A stretch of 63,854 nt of DNA, filler included, from Sphacelaria rigidula (GCA_964200075.2; 9 parts of 9 records of this genome joined end to end with filler, not necessarily neighbours in it); one strand, 5' to 3'; counted from the first letter of the whole stretch, positions 1 through 12,900 are shown. Notes: generated by a model not told the origin, from the sequence alone. Numbers and translations are program-made.

Positions 1-334
1 CTTACCTCGCTGGCGACCGAAACGATCACGAGCGAGATCGTGTGCCGATTACCCGAAGGCTCGGCTACTGATGCGCCACTGGACTCAAACTATATTTTCG
101 TGGAAATCCCCTCGATCCAATGGAGAGTATTCTTGCCTCGACAATCATTCACCCCGTCGTTTTTGTATCCCTCTCCACGGAGTCTGTTGACCCGGTCAAC
201 ATATAACACATTTTGCAATGTGACTGCACTCGGAGGTGTAACAACAGCACACAACTGTTGTGGTTACAACCAACCACAAGACTTCAACAAAAAATATCAC
301 GTCAAGGGATGAGGTCAAGACTCAGTATCAATAC

Positions 335-437
335 CCAGGGATTTGTGGCGTCGATGACAACGCTTTTTCCTTCCTTCAACGCCGCCGTCGCTGCCTTCTT
401 GCACTTCGCGAGGCTAGACAGCTCGTCCTGGTTAACC
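335..437 (-). CDS. PNKP: Polynucleotide kinase 3'-phosphatase, kinase-domain exon (gene continues outside contig)
   Basis: Translates (R)VNQDELSSLAKCKKAATAALKEGKSVVIDATNP, matching PNKP VNQD and VVIDxTNP motifs. cag acceptor and gt donor; phase fits the exon ending at 4012 (AG|G = Arg). Confidence 0.9.
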
Positions 438-879
438 CTGAGTGGTATGAAGAGATGGAGCGCAACAGGAATAACAAAACGAGAATTGCGTGTGCAACAA
501 AAACCACGTATTTTGCGGGAAAATTGGGAAAACGGGGGGCTAAGCTTGTGCGGCAGCACCACACATGAAGCTACTGATGGAGAGGCCCCAAGGTACAGAT
601 GAAAAAATTCAGGAGCAACGGCTGTGCATATATACTAAGAACGAGATGAGAAATGTTTTCCAGTCTTCACAACTCATCCTGGTCCATTTCTTCGTGCTTC
701 TGCAAACCAGAGCAAGTCGGAGCAAATCGAGGAACCGAAAAGTAAGTAAGTCGGTCAATATGCAAGCAGAAACGGGGAGCTACTGCGGGACAAAGGTCCG
801 ATTCGTGGTGGGCGGGAACGATACGTCTCGACTATCGACCGAGCTGCCATCGGGAACATTACGGAACGACCGACAGCGC

Positions 880-2730
880 TACTCGCCAAGCCCGATTAAA
901 ACTGAGAATGCCGAAGGCGGCTATGGCTGACGGCAAAGCGACGGGCCCGGAGGGTCTACCTGCTGAACTCGTCAAGCTTGGGTTGATTGAGGACCCTTCG
1001 AATAGTCTGGATCACTTCCACAGCATCATCGCTACGGTCTGGTCATCCAGCGAGGTGCCGCAGGAGTGGAAAGACCCCAGTTTCGGAGAACAACACAAGA
1101 AGGATACGACCGACCATGTTGACTACAGGGGCCCTTTCCTCGTAGCACATGCTGGTAAAACTCTCCTCAAAATCGTAGCCAACAGGCTCAGTAGTCTCTG
1201 CGAAGAAGCACAGATCTTTCCTGGAAGGACGGCACAGATGCCGGCGCCTACGACCGACCACTGACATGGTGTTCGCGGTACGCCGACTGCGAGAGTTGAG
1301 ACGGGCGAGCACGGTCCCACTACACATGTGCTTCATCGACCTGCAGAAGGCCTACGATTCAGTGAACCGCACGCTCCTGCGGGAAGTGCTTTCCCGGTTC
1401 AGATCCCGCCGCGGATGACCAAGGTCATTCTTATGTTTCACGATGGCATGCGAGCTCGGGTACAGCTGGATGATGGCGGACTATCAGCGGGGTTCCACGT
1501 CTGCCATGGACTCAGGCAAGGATACGTCTAGTCCCCGATGCTGTTCAACATCTTCGGCGCAGCCTTGCTCGATGTCATGTAACGGCGGTTCGCAGCATAC
1601 CCAGACATCGTCTCAGACTCCGTATATCTAGCTGATGCGCCAAAAGGCGACGATAATAAAAAGCCCTAGGAAAGGTGCCACTGGAGAAGGTGTGGCGCGT
1701 CGTGTGGGGAGTGCCGTGTGCGGATGACGTAGACTCAGTCCCAAGGTCCATCAAGGGGCTGACGAGAATGATGGTCGTGGTAGTATTGGCCTGTCAGGAG
1801 TTCGGATTGACGGTATGGAAGAGTAAGATAGACTCCATGCCCCGGTGGTCAGTACCCAGCGCCGCAGAGATTGCATCGAACATCAGTGCGGCAGGTCGAC
1901 GATATAAGCAGACGACAAAGTTTGCCTATCTTGATGGTACTGTCGGTGAGGATGCAAATATGTCCATCGACACCAACCGCCGCATGAGCGCTGTGTGGGC
2001 ACGCCTCCGGAAGTACAGTTCCCAACTCTACGATCGGCCCAACATTCAACAATCTCTGGAAATCCCGCTCTTAAAGCGGATGTGGTAGACCATGATCTGT
2101 ACAGGTTTGACACATGGACGCTGTCCACGACCAGCTTTTACTGCAAGTGGTTGGATTCCGCAGAAAGGAGCGAACTTGGTTAACTACTCTTCAGTGCAGA
2201 TGTGCTCGAGAGGACCAACTGCGAACGTATCAAGACAACCACTCGCAAGCGCGAGCTCTGGTTCGCGGGGGCCCTTCTCGGCAGGACGCAACACGTTTCA
2301 AAGCGCATCGTATCCGGACCGCTAGCCGCACCAGGGTCCAAGGAGGCTGACTGCTCGCTCACACACTGAGAGACCGCCTCGAGGAGAACCTACGTGCCCT
2401 AGGGGCTCTTCCACGCAAAGGAGCACGATGGAAATTGTGAAATTGTTTGTCTGCGATGTAGAGGTCAAAGACGCACACGATTGGGTCGCATCCGTGAAGA
2501 ACACGGGTAAATGGCATCTTGGAGTCGAGATACCGACGGAAGAGTTCGAGGAAACGTGGCACGCGAAGCCAAATCCCGATCGGACCTTGATCACAAACGA
2601 GAGGTTGCTGTATGTAGAGCTCCCAATCGGACAGCCGCCACCGCTGACACAACAACAGCAACAGCTCGCGAGGTATCCAGGATGAAAATGGTTGAAACAA
2701 TGCCCCGCTTTTCACCCGACTAGAGATGAT
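880..2730 (+). mobile_element. Degenerate non-LTR retrotransposon (RTE-like LINE) reverse transcriptase inside a PNKP intron, antisense to host
   Basis: Frameshifted ORFs give [72 protein letters not shown] (decayed YADD), KFAYL.G. Boundaries approximate. Confidence 0.9.
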
Positions 2731-4011
2731 CAGGGAAGCTTCCATCAACATGGAAAGGGATTACCCCTGTCGCTTCCTATCGGTTGCCTACGTTTTCCTC
2801 GGCATGTGTCCTCGGTGGTGTTCCCTGGTTGTTATTTTGTATATGCTGTACGGTGTTTTCGGGTTTAAACGCTTCCTCGTGTCCTGTATTCCCAGTTATC
2901 TTTCCCCCCCGATATCTCTCGTCTTCTCTCTCCTCTCAGTGCCGTGAAAGTAGCAACATGGAGACTTTGTTTCTGTAGGGCTCATAGATCATAGCTCATA
3001 CCCACATGGTTGGGTTCAAAAGAGCTGAGCCGGGGTCCTGCTACCACGATGTATTTGTGATGTTTTGGGTATGGGTTTATGTGCTTAATTACGCAAGGCA
3101 CTTTTCACCCGAAGCCAAGCTTCAACGGCCCGCCATCTCTTGTCATTTCTACAAGCTTGTTCGGGGTGAAAGCCGCAAATTCTTGATCAGCAATGCCTTC
3201 CGCAATACCTACCCAGTAGGCATATCCATGGTATAATACTGATCGCCATGGACAACGGAAGGGGATGACATAGTCGGGTTTGGGTCTTGAGGTCAAAGCG
3301 CAGGCGCTGAGGGCGAAAAGGTGCCTCGGCCAATCAGCACCTTTCGAACTGTTAAGAAAGTCGAATATGAATTCCAAAAACAAAAAAAGTCGAATATGAA
3401 TTCCAAACACAATTTCTACCCATTGTCCAGATACTTCGAGTCATTTTAACCTCCATCGGCTCGGGAATCCAACGGCAAAAAACCAATCAATACAACAAGT
3501 ATGCTCTTGGTGAGCGGCACGCGGAACAACAACGCACCGCATAGCCCTACAGAAACGCAGTACGACTACATAATAGGGGGAAAAAAAAAACGAGCACTGC
3601 CCACCGCCACTTTTGATTCGGATCCACCTCCATCCTCGATTACTCTCTTGCAAGTTTACAAGCGTTCATTCTTGATAGAAGATAGCACAGACAGAAGCAC
3701 AATCAACGCGACCGATCAAATATTTCCCACTTTTTTCGCTGGACGTGCTGATGACTCCGCGTTTGTTTTCAACAATATCCGTCGATTCTCGATTGCACCA
3801 ACTCCCGTGTCACGGTTGCCGGTGCCCCTCGACGCATGGTGGGCTCATGCTACGAGCGCTTGGATCAACAAGCCCAAACCCATAGGACCAACACGGCATC
3901 CACCATTAATCACGATGTTCTGGCCCAAAAATATAGTTTTCTCGTATTCGAACTGCTCCACACACACAGACACAGACACAGACACAGACACACACGAACG
4001 CTTTACTTCAC

Positions 4012-4218
4012 CTGACGTGCGACGGCAGTCGAGTCTTGCAGAGGGTACTCTTGCCCGAGGCGGGGGGGCCGACAAGTACCACCAACTCGAGTGCCCCAAC
4101 CCCACCAGCCGCACCTCCCCCGCCGACGCCCCCGTTGGGAAGAGACAGATTTTCCAGTTGTTCGGCAGGGTCATTTTTGGCAAATACGACTGGGTTGAAA
4201 CCTAGTTCCGCCAGAGAC
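4012..4218 (-). CDS. PNKP: PNKP exon with kinase Walker A motif
   Basis: SLAELGFNP...LELVVLVGPPASGKSTLCKTRLPSHV; tgcag acceptor, gtgaag donor, phases consistent. Confidence 0.93.
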
Positions 4219-4651
4219 CTGCATCATACAAGCACCAGAAACAAGTGTTTTCACATAACAAGGGAACAAGGGAGGGAAAAACTCAAGTGGTCGAATTCGA
4301 GGCTCATGGAAAGTCTAACAGAACACCTCTTGCACTCATGGTGCCAAACTGAGCTGCAAAAAATACTAAATGCACAGCGAACCACCATTCCCTCAGTCAA
4401 GCGAACGGAACATACCTACCGGTCTGCTAGGGTGAACTATCAACGTGTATCCATCAGCGAAAGGTCTCAGTGCAGGTCAGACCAGTGAGCAAGTGGTTTT
4501 CAAGCGGTAGGAAAACTCGACGTAGTACAGGTCGCACAACTACTAAACGACAACATGCCGGTTAGAGTAGCTCACGTGTGCATGGTAGACTCCGCTTTCA
4601 AAACGAAAATATTACTGTGGTGCCACAATATCATGTGTAGTCCACACGTAC

Positions 4652-4755
4652 CTATCTTTGTGAAGGCTCTGAGAGGATTGCATGAAGAACTGTTCGGGCG
4701 TTTGAAACGGGATGCTGGCGTTCAGGGCAAGCTTCAAGTCTCCTGCGGAAAAATC
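4652..4755 (-). CDS. PNKP: PNKP exon (end of phosphatase domain)
   Basis: DFSAGDLKLALNASIPFQTPEQFF matches the PNKP DFS..D..FA.N....F.TPE.FF pattern; canonical splice sites. Confidence 0.93.
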
Positions 4756-4785
4756 CTGCGAAGCAACCGCAACACCGCGACCACC

Positions 4786-4788
4786 GCA

Positions 4789-4819
<31 letters not shown>

Positions 4820-4876
4820 CAGCAAAAACAACATACAACAAACAACATACAACATCAACAACGACAAACAACAAAC
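4786..4876 (+). repeat. (CAG)n/(CAA)n microsatellite
   Basis: Direct reading; intronic. Confidence 0.9.
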
Positions 4877-5009
4877 AGCGAGAAACAAGAGTAAATGAAC
4901 GAACAAAAGAGATGTAAAAAAAGGCGATAAAGAAAGGGCGAATGACCATGAACACTACAAAAAAAACGAGAGGCGAGTAGACAAACGACCGAAGAAAACA
5001 TAGACGGAC

Positions 5010-5132
5010 CTTCTTGTATGTCCCTTGCTTGGGTCTGCCCGCCGCATCACCCACATACAGGCACTCTGAGGGGACCGCTTCCAGACCCCCATTGTGCTTT
5101 TTGGAGAGCAGTTCCCAGCACCCCGGTCGAGG
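5010..5132 (-). CDS. PNKP: PNKP exon (HAD phosphatase motif)
   Basis: PRPGCWELL...CLYVGDAAGRPKQGTYKK; VGDAAGR is the PNKP motif; cag/gt sites. Confidence 0.95.
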
Positions 5133-5487
5133 CTGACACACGACGACGCATCATGAATAGTCGGGCGAACAGAACACGGAGAGAACATCAATCTCGATGA
5201 TATTATGACGAGTTCGTTCGCTGGGTAATGCATTTTGCGCATTGCCGCTCTGTGCGACCTGCCAGGGAGTTTCGACGTCTCAACTCTGAACCTGACGAGA
5301 GAATAAAGTGGGAAACGAGCACGTGAACAAGTCAATAGAGCTACAGCAGGACTGAAGGAGAGGTGGATGAACAACGACATCGAAAGCACAGCAACATTCT
5401 CGTACACCCTTCTGTACTTCACGTATGTACGCCCACTGAGGGCCGTTACGGATATTACTCATGTGCGTGAAGTAGGCCGGTTTTCAC

Positions 5488-5574
5488 CTTGCGGTAGTAG
5501 TCATCATGACACGCGAGGTAGACCTCCATCGGAACCTCCAGGGTATTCAGCACAGACTCCACCTTCGTTTTCAG
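5488..5574 (-). CDS. PNKP: PNKP exon (phosphatase domain); upstream exons not identified
   Basis: LKTKVESVLNTLEVPMEVYLACHDDYYRK joins the next exon to give YRKP; cag acceptor, gtgaaa donor. Confidence 0.9.
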
Positions 5575-7007
5575 CTGATGACCGAACGTACACAGAAATA
5601 GCAACGCGGATTGCAAGAGGGCACATCATATCATGACAGTGCTACGGTGATACAATACAAGCAGCACCCATCGATCCCTCGTCCAACATTGAGCCTCATT
5701 CACCCAACTTTAGGGCAGGAAATCCGGAGGGACTGCAAGATCGACCAGGATAAGACGGTATCGTAGAAGCAGCTCAAGTTATACAATCGCGATTGACCTT
5801 TCCGGTCACCAACACTACGATAGGAACTCCCAGTTTTTTTCTCTGGAGGTATTGAGACAAACTTGCAGCAACATCATAGAGCATGCACAGGAAATACTGT
5901 AGTGATGAGTTGACATGAATAAAAAAAGGCCGAGATATGAAACGCAGCGTTAAAATCCAGGTGTCTTTTTATATGACCAGCAGCAGATTTTGAGGACTTT
6001 TCCTTGAATCCTATTTTCCATGAAGTAGTATTTTCAAATTGAAAAAATCACCGTAACATCGCTTAATCAAGCATGTATCTTGCAAGCGATGGCGCCTTGA
6101 AATTGAACGAACAACGTGATCATACGTTGAGGTAAAGCTGATCTTGTCTTGTGTCCATCGGACATGATCGATTGTTTTATTGGCTGTCGCACATTAACTG
6201 ATCCACGAGGGGCCCAGCCGTGGTCGTGGTCATTATCCACAACATGGACGTCCCCAGGGTAAAAAAACGGAGACACTTGCTGAAGAGAAGTGTGGAAACA
6301 ATTTAGAACAAACGATGAGAACTCAAAAATCGGTAAACAAAACCATAAAAGAATAAAGGAAAGCAAAGGAAAGCAAAAGGAGAAGATATAAAAATGAATG
6401 AAGATAAATTATTGACGTCGCCGAAAATAATATTAATAACGAATGGACTTAGAAGTCGCCGGTCCCTGCAGCGTGGCCTAAGGTGAAAAGGTCTGTGCGC
6501 GGAAATCATATGCACCCATACACAATGACAAGAAAAAATTGGTGTGCGAGCAGATTGTGGCTCAGTAATTTCGGAACCCTACTATCTGGGCGTGAGCCTT
6601 CCCTCATGAGCCCTACGTAAGCAAGGCAACAGACTCCTACTGCACAACACTGAGATGAAAGAAACAGCGAGAGAGACAGAGAGAGCGCAAAAGACGACTG
6701 AGAAGAGGAGTAATACGGGAGAACTATACAACGGAAAACAAAAAACAAGACCATTGTGACGTGTTCCTCTCCTTTCCTACGCCGCACTCGCCTTAGTTTC
6801 CCCCCAGATAGTCAACACAATCTCCAGATAGTTGAGTCGCAATCACCTTCCGTGGCCTTGCTCATTGCATGGCCCCCTTATTTGAAACCCGTGATCGGTA
6901 CTACTCTTTGGTCTGGGGGGGCGGGGGGGGGGGGGGGGGGGTTCCTCCCCAAAGTCCCCCCTTTTCTTTTTTTTGGTTTTTTTTTTATTTTTTTTTCCCC
7001 CTTTTTG

Positions 7008-7107
7008 NNNNNNNNNNNNNNNNNNNNNNNNNNNNNNNNNNNNNNNNNNNNTTAATTAATTAANNNNNNNNNNNNNNNNNNNNNNNNNNNNNNNNNNNNN
7101 NNNNNNN
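7008..7107. other. Artificial 100-nt contig spacer (N + TTAATTAATTAA + N). Also at 14115-14214, 21222-21321, 28328-28427, 35434-35533, 42540-42639, 49645-49744, 56750-56849
   Basis: Same six-frame stop linker inside each N run; flanking segments are 7007, 7007, 7007, 7006, 7006, 7006, 7005, 7005, 7005 bp. Confidence 0.99.
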
Positions 7108-7114
7108 CACTTAA

Positions 7115-7212
7115 CCCTTAGACCGCGAGGTTAGTCTTCTGTTGAATTGGTATCAATTTCAAGTGAAAAAAAGTATGCATGATCCAGGAAGACTAATCTC
7201 GCGGTCTAAGGG
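7115..7212. mobile_element. 98-bp piggyBac-type MITE
   Basis: TTAA on both sides; CCC...GGG termini; 25-bp TIR cccttagaccgcgag(g/a)ttagtcttc with one mismatch. Confidence 0.85.
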
Positions 7213-7236
7213 TTAACTGTTTCGTCTAGACGCCAG

Positions 7237-7296
7237 ACACGTCATTCCTGACCAGCCTCATTGGTCGTTCTGGAGGCCCGGTCCCAAAAGGGTTAA
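7237..7296. mobile_element. Terminus of a piggyBac-type element (ends ...cccaaaagggTTAA)
   Basis: Reverse complement of 14050-14109; GGG-TTAA end. Confidence 0.7.
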
Positions 7297-7699
7297 CCGG
7301 GTGTTTTACCCTTTGATATTTTACGGCGAGCGAAGCGAGCTCTCGAATATCGGTACGACGAGCGGCAGCAAGGGAGCGAGCCCCGTGCAAGCTTTGGCAA
7401 GCACCGGTAGCATACCGACATATACAGGCTCTTCAGCTCTTCCTGCAAGGGTCGCCGAATAGTCGAGAAAATGCCGAATTTGGGGTTATGCTGTATTACA
7501 GTAGGAAGCAACCCATTCTCAACAAGAAGAAGCCCGGTTTCGAGATTTACCCAGACCAAACCATGTTCAAAGGACACAAAAGCTGCGACGGTGCTTACGA
7601 TGAGAGTACGATACTCCAGGTGCTGTGAATGTCCGGGTGATGTTGAGTACGCAGGAGTTTCGACACTGCCGAACATACAGAGGATCCCGGAAGAAGTGG

Positions 7700-8000
7700 A
7701 TAACGGGTATCTTAGATTATCTTGAGCACTCGACTGGCGGAAAAACAGAGGATTTCAGAGTACTTGGAGTACTCGACCGTCAAAAATACTGGAAATTCCA
7801 GAGTACCTGGAGCCTGCCGAAAGTAGAGTCCACCGCACCTGATTTGATTGATGGTTTGATTGTCGCACTTCGGTCCTGGAATATTCATTTACTGCAAGTA
7901 CCCAGTATTACAAAGTACCTGGAGTATCGACTGCCGAAAACACGGGGTATTCCAGAGTACTTGGAGTATCGATACCTCAAATTATCCGTACTCGGACTCT
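7700..8000. repeat. Dispersed repeat built from gagtac(t/c)(t)ggagta-like subunits; related sequence at about 35100-35430
   Basis: Recurring gagtac/ggagta motifs in both regions; boundaries approximate. Confidence 0.5.
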
Positions 8001-9063
8001 ACCCTATCCTCAGCACCTCTGCAACAGCTGAACACAGCTATGGTACGCATATTCGTGAAGAGCGTCCACGACGGTTGCAGCCATACATCACTCAATCACA
8101 CGGAGCCAAACATTTTACCTAGTCAGTGCTACGGTACAGTACCGTAAGGTGCAGCGCAAATATTGAAACACATTGATGTCCGTTGTAGTAACACTTTTAT
8201 TCACGACAATACCATGTCCTGTAGCCGAGAGAGGCACACACTAATGTATGTTGCGGAGGACTACACCCCCTGTCCAACTCCACCGGCCCTCACAGGGTAC
8301 AACACTTCCAGAGGGATATACCACCCCCCGTCTATACCGATATGCAGCGAATATCACCCGAGTCCAACTAGATAATGCTGTTTGGCAATGTCGTAGAGGA
8401 AAAACTAGCTCAAGGGGTGGTGGGTGTTGCGTAAACGTACGGTGTATATCACCCTCTTATTCCTGGACGGTGGACAGTGATTTGCATGTGTCGAAGGTGA
8501 TGTTCTTGACTGTTCTAGCTCGGGCCCTATGCACGTGAAGAATGCTGCACTTATGATAGCAACGCCTGTATTCGTACACTTGGCCCATCGTCGAAGTGGA
8601 GGTTCAAAGGAAATACAAGTACGAGAGTGTCAAGCAAGATGGGGCCTGGAACTTGTTCAATTTCGCGCCAAAAACGGAAGAATTACAGCTAGTCGTACCC
8701 TGCCTGCACCCCCCCCCCCTCTCCATACCTCGGGAAGTAAGGCACTCGTGGTGGCAAGCCATACGTGCGACACTGTTGAACTATACGTGCGATACTGTTT
8801 AGTACGTGCCACAGTGCAATATTATTGACGGATGACATCCTATGGCATACGCTAGACAGCGCCTACCGCAGCTCTCTGTGCAAAATTTTACGGCAAGCCT
8901 CGTTCTGTCACTTGCAACATGTGCTGGCAGCGTTGTTGTTACCCTGTCTGTGTCGCTGCTTTTGTTTTCACACGCATGCCTCTAAGCACGCTCCAGCCTT
9001 ATGTCCCAACACACACCGAATTTCTCCAGGCCACCAGCATTGGAAAGTAAACATAAGACATAC

Positions 9064-9299
9064 CCGAATCTCTTGTCCAGAGCATCCCCTTGCTCCCTTA
9101 ACTGTGCCTTCACATTGCTCTCCTTGCGTCCTCCCGCGCTAAGCCTGGCAGACTGGCTACCCTCAGCGTAGCTCTTCTTCCCGCCACCTTTCGACCCTTT
9201 TCCTTGTTGCCTTTGATACCGTGAGCTCTTACCACCCCCTCCGCCACCTTTGCTGGACTTCCAGTCGGCCTTACCCTTTCCATCTCCTGATGCCGGCAT
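9064..9299 (-). CDS. First coding exon, probably DNA polymerase epsilon catalytic subunit
   Basis: ATG, G/K-rich leader, ends LREQGDALDKRFG at a gtatgt donor, resembling the POLE1/Pol2 N-terminal D.xD..FG motif. Next exon not found in the contig. Confidence 0.5.
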
Positions 9300-9954
9300 T
9301 GCCTCACCTTTGCCCTTGCCAGCAACCTGTCGCTGGCAAGTTTAAACCTGCTCCAGGGCTGACAGTCCGCTCCCGGCCATTTTTAGATTTTAAATTTTTG
9401 TACCACTTTCGCCTATGGAGAGAAGTGTTGCTCCGCTCCGTTGTCATCAATTTTCAAATGTGATCTTTCGTCTTACTGCGTAATTCTAATGTTAAGGAAT
9501 CAATTTTAGACTTCATTCATAATAAAATAAGTCAGAATAAAACTCAGAAAGACTAGTACATATCATTCCCAGGTGCTAGCACGTTTCCGTTTATGATTTT
9601 CATCAAGCTAGAGAGGGGATATTGGTCTTTATACCACGGGTGTGAGAAAGTTGACGAATGTATCGGCAAATAACAAAAAATACGAATGGCCTTGTCTCAA
9701 CATCTCGCGACAACTCGCGGATCCTCCGAACAGAAGTACAGAAACGGCGCGGAGGGGAGCGAGACAGAGAGACACAGAAAGAGAGAGAGAAGGGAAGAGA
9801 AAGAGAGGGGTATTATCAAGGAGAAAGCGGCTGCTGCGACGAGAGAAAATACATACGGGAGGCGCTTGCGGGTTTGGTTCTCTCCAGAGCATTGTATCTC
9901 TGATTTTCTTCTAGGACGAAGTTTTATTTCATTTTCACATATTTTTTAGCGGCC

Positions 9955-9997
9955 ATGGCTGGCGCAAAGGAGGACGAGTACGACTACCTGTTCAAGG
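9955..9997 (+). CDS. RAB11: Rab11-family small GTPase, first coding exon
   Basis: MAGAKEDEYDYLFK + G|gtgagt; EYDYLFK is the Rab11/Rab1-type N-terminus, and the acidic lead-in favours Rab11. Confidence 0.8.
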
Positions 9998-12900
9998 GTG
10001 AGTTCCCTCAGTAGTTTCATGCGCGAAGATGGACGCGGCAAAGCACACGTACTGATACACACTTCGAATGCATGTGTTTCTGTACCGGGCAGTGGCAATT
10101 ACGGTTCACGGTGTTCCTTTGCGGCTCTATGGTTTTGGGAGGACAAACCAGCACACGCACAAGAAACGCGCCTGTTGTTCTTTTCCAAACACTCGAATTA
10201 CCAACTGCTTTTTATAGGGATACTGTACAAGTATACTCGAAGTACCTTGAAATTTTTGTGCGATTTTGTTGTGTTCGCTCCTACGCGTCTGTCACTTCCT
10301 TCCGTCCTCAAAATTCGCGGTGGACTTCGGTGTCGGTTATGTTCTTTTTCTGACCAGTATTTTTGAGTCACGACCACCGGAAGTTGCTTGTGATGCAAGT
10401 TACACTGCACATAAGACGTTTTCAGAGTGACCGTGCTTCTCGCCGGTATGCCACTCTTCCTTCCTCTTGGGACAGCAGGGTTCGACTTGAGCTGCTGGAT
10501 GATAGCTTCTACAAGCTCCTCGCCGTCCTGGCTTTTCCCCTTGCTGCAGTCGTTGCAACTCGAATCGTTTCTTTCTGCGTTTTTCGCGTGTGCCCAGTAT
10601 TGCACCGCCAAGAGATGGAAACCGACGCAAGAGTAGTAGGCGTTCCATTCCTCTTTCGATGGTTTCGTGTTGTATGTTTTGCGTGGTGTATTCTGAGGCC
10701 ACAGTTGATATATTTCGTCTGGCAGGCGAACACAAACGGCAAGCAAGTACTGCATTCTGTCCTTGCTGTTCCTGCTGCGCTGCTATTACTGCTGCCATTG
10801 CAATGCGTAGAAATGTCATGATCATACTCAATTCCATTCTGCTGTTCTGATCGAGGAATCGGTGGGTGATCTCTGCATTTCTGTTGAGAGGACGGCGCAT
10901 TTCGCTCAGATATTCTGCACGCGAACAGGTGCCGGACAGTATCACAACAGTCAGTACAGTATACTCGTACGGATGTTGAAGGAGAGAAAGTGTTATGATT
11001 CCATGCGTGGGAGGAATGGGTTGCAGTGCGCGAATGAGCTGACTTTATCCTTCACCTACCCCGCTTCCCTTGTTGTTAACATGTATGCTTATACGCAACG
11101 CCGTTCCTGTACTTCGCCTGCAGTATGCTTGTACAAGTACGCGGTATTTCTCATTGTGGGGGCGCAGGTGTTGTAGACATGTATTAGTACGGCTCAGCAG
11201 TACTGCAGATATTTGCTTCTTCGCCGGCGTTGTGATACTCTCTACTACGGTAATCATATTGTACCCTCCGATGGCCGGCGTCTACCTTGCGCCCTCCTGT
11301 AACGCAGGGGCGAACCGTCGCCCTCCTGTAAGCCAGGGGCGAACCGTGAGAAGTCCCGGCTGCTGTTTCCCGGTTTGTCTGAATTTGAGAGACCACTTTC
11401 GTTGGACTGACCGTCCTTCTCCCTCTGCAATGGCGACACGAAAGATCGGAACATTTCTGGTACAGGGTGCATGCCACCCCAGACCCTCCCTAGTTCAGTA
11501 TATTCGGCTCAAGAGGGCCTGTTTTCCCGAGCCAACCAACTCGTGTCGCTACTTTGCCACGGCTTAGTCGAGAATCAAGGCATGCATTGTCTCGCACTGT
11601 CATGCCCACGTACGACAGCTCTCTTTTTTGCCAGTATACCGAATGAGTCTCGGTCGGTCTCGCTGTTTATCAGCCCCCTTCGTTTGTCGACATTGTTGTC
11701 GTTGAGGACTCTTGATTACGGCGTTTTGAAACTGCTGTAACTCGAGTTGCCTTCGAGGCTGCACCTGAACACCCTTTTGTAGTCCAATCCATCGCAAAAG
11801 TGCTCGAGATCAAGGTTGTGCTTGGATCGGCAGCAATGGCGCACGTGGACCAAACCCACCTCTCTTTCATGCCGGACGTCATTGATTCCAACAGGTTGAC
11901 TACTGTACTGCGCTGTGTATATAATCGGGGTTGTCGTGTGGTTCGCCAGTGGAGGGTCATCCAATCGTTTTTATGTTGCCATGATGTCATGGTTACAATC
12001 AGAATCGGTGTTCGTTGTCTTCCACTCAAGTCCTGTCTTGGCATTTTTCTTTCCGATCGAAAAAATGGGGCGGTGTATCCGACTTGAGCGAAAATGTATC
12101 GTTTTGATTCAGTTGGGTCCAGATGGATTTTCAAGCTTTCGATCGAAAAAAGGCAGTGGATCCGTGAAGCGGCACATGCTCACTCGTGTACGGTACTGAC
12201 AGTCTATACTGTCTGCATTGCTTCCAAGCAGGTTGTCTTGAGTGCGTGTGTGCGTGTTTCGTGCAGGAGGATATGAAGGAGAAGTGGGCAACGTGCAGTG
12301 CAGACAGCCTAGAACTATCAGCTCTCTCTGCTTACAATACGACGTGAAGAAAACTTCAGCAATGTGCAGCTTTGTACCGCTTGCACTGTCCATGAGCGTG
12401 CACGCAACTCGGTTGTCCACCGTACCACGCAGTTCCGTAGCTGATGCCTACCATGAGAGAACATGTGCAAGTTTTTGCCAAAAAAAAAAGAAGCATACCC
12501 GACTACTGCAGTGCATTCATCCCTGTGCTCAACGCCGTGCTCTACGCTGCAGGGTTGCGGTGGTAGCTGGGTATGAGTTGGATGGATCTTGCATGGTCCT
12601 GTGAACAGGTGTTATCTGGCGTGGTGGTTTGTAAGATTGGAGTCAAGTGCCGCTTCGTGCCTTTCGATCGCATGTTTTCGGTCGAAAACGATTGTTTTTC
12701 ACCTCGTTGCATTCTTCTCCGCGCGCCGCTAATTATAATTTTGAGTTGAAGCCTTCAAGGCACATAAATGCGGTGGATCTATCAGGTCGGCAAAAAAACA
12801 TTCGACCGCACTTTTTCGATCGAAAAGAAAGTGCGGCGATACGACCTCACCCACTGTTGTACAGTGGAGTACATGTAAAGGAACACAATCGCGCAGCTAC

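Noticed and set aside
4612-4917. Poly-Q/C/L/A ORFs (also poly-HT/CV at 25383 and 51488)
   Set aside because: They are translations of microsatellites.
7052-7063. TTAATTAATTAA as a biological motif or piggyBac site
   Set aside because: Synthetic stop linker inside N runs.
7416-7582. Minus-strand exon-like stretch (FVSFEHGLVWVNLETG...) as exon 2 of the POLE-like gene
   Set aside because: Splice phase is incompatible with the donor at 9064 and there is no resemblance to Pol epsilon; left unassigned.
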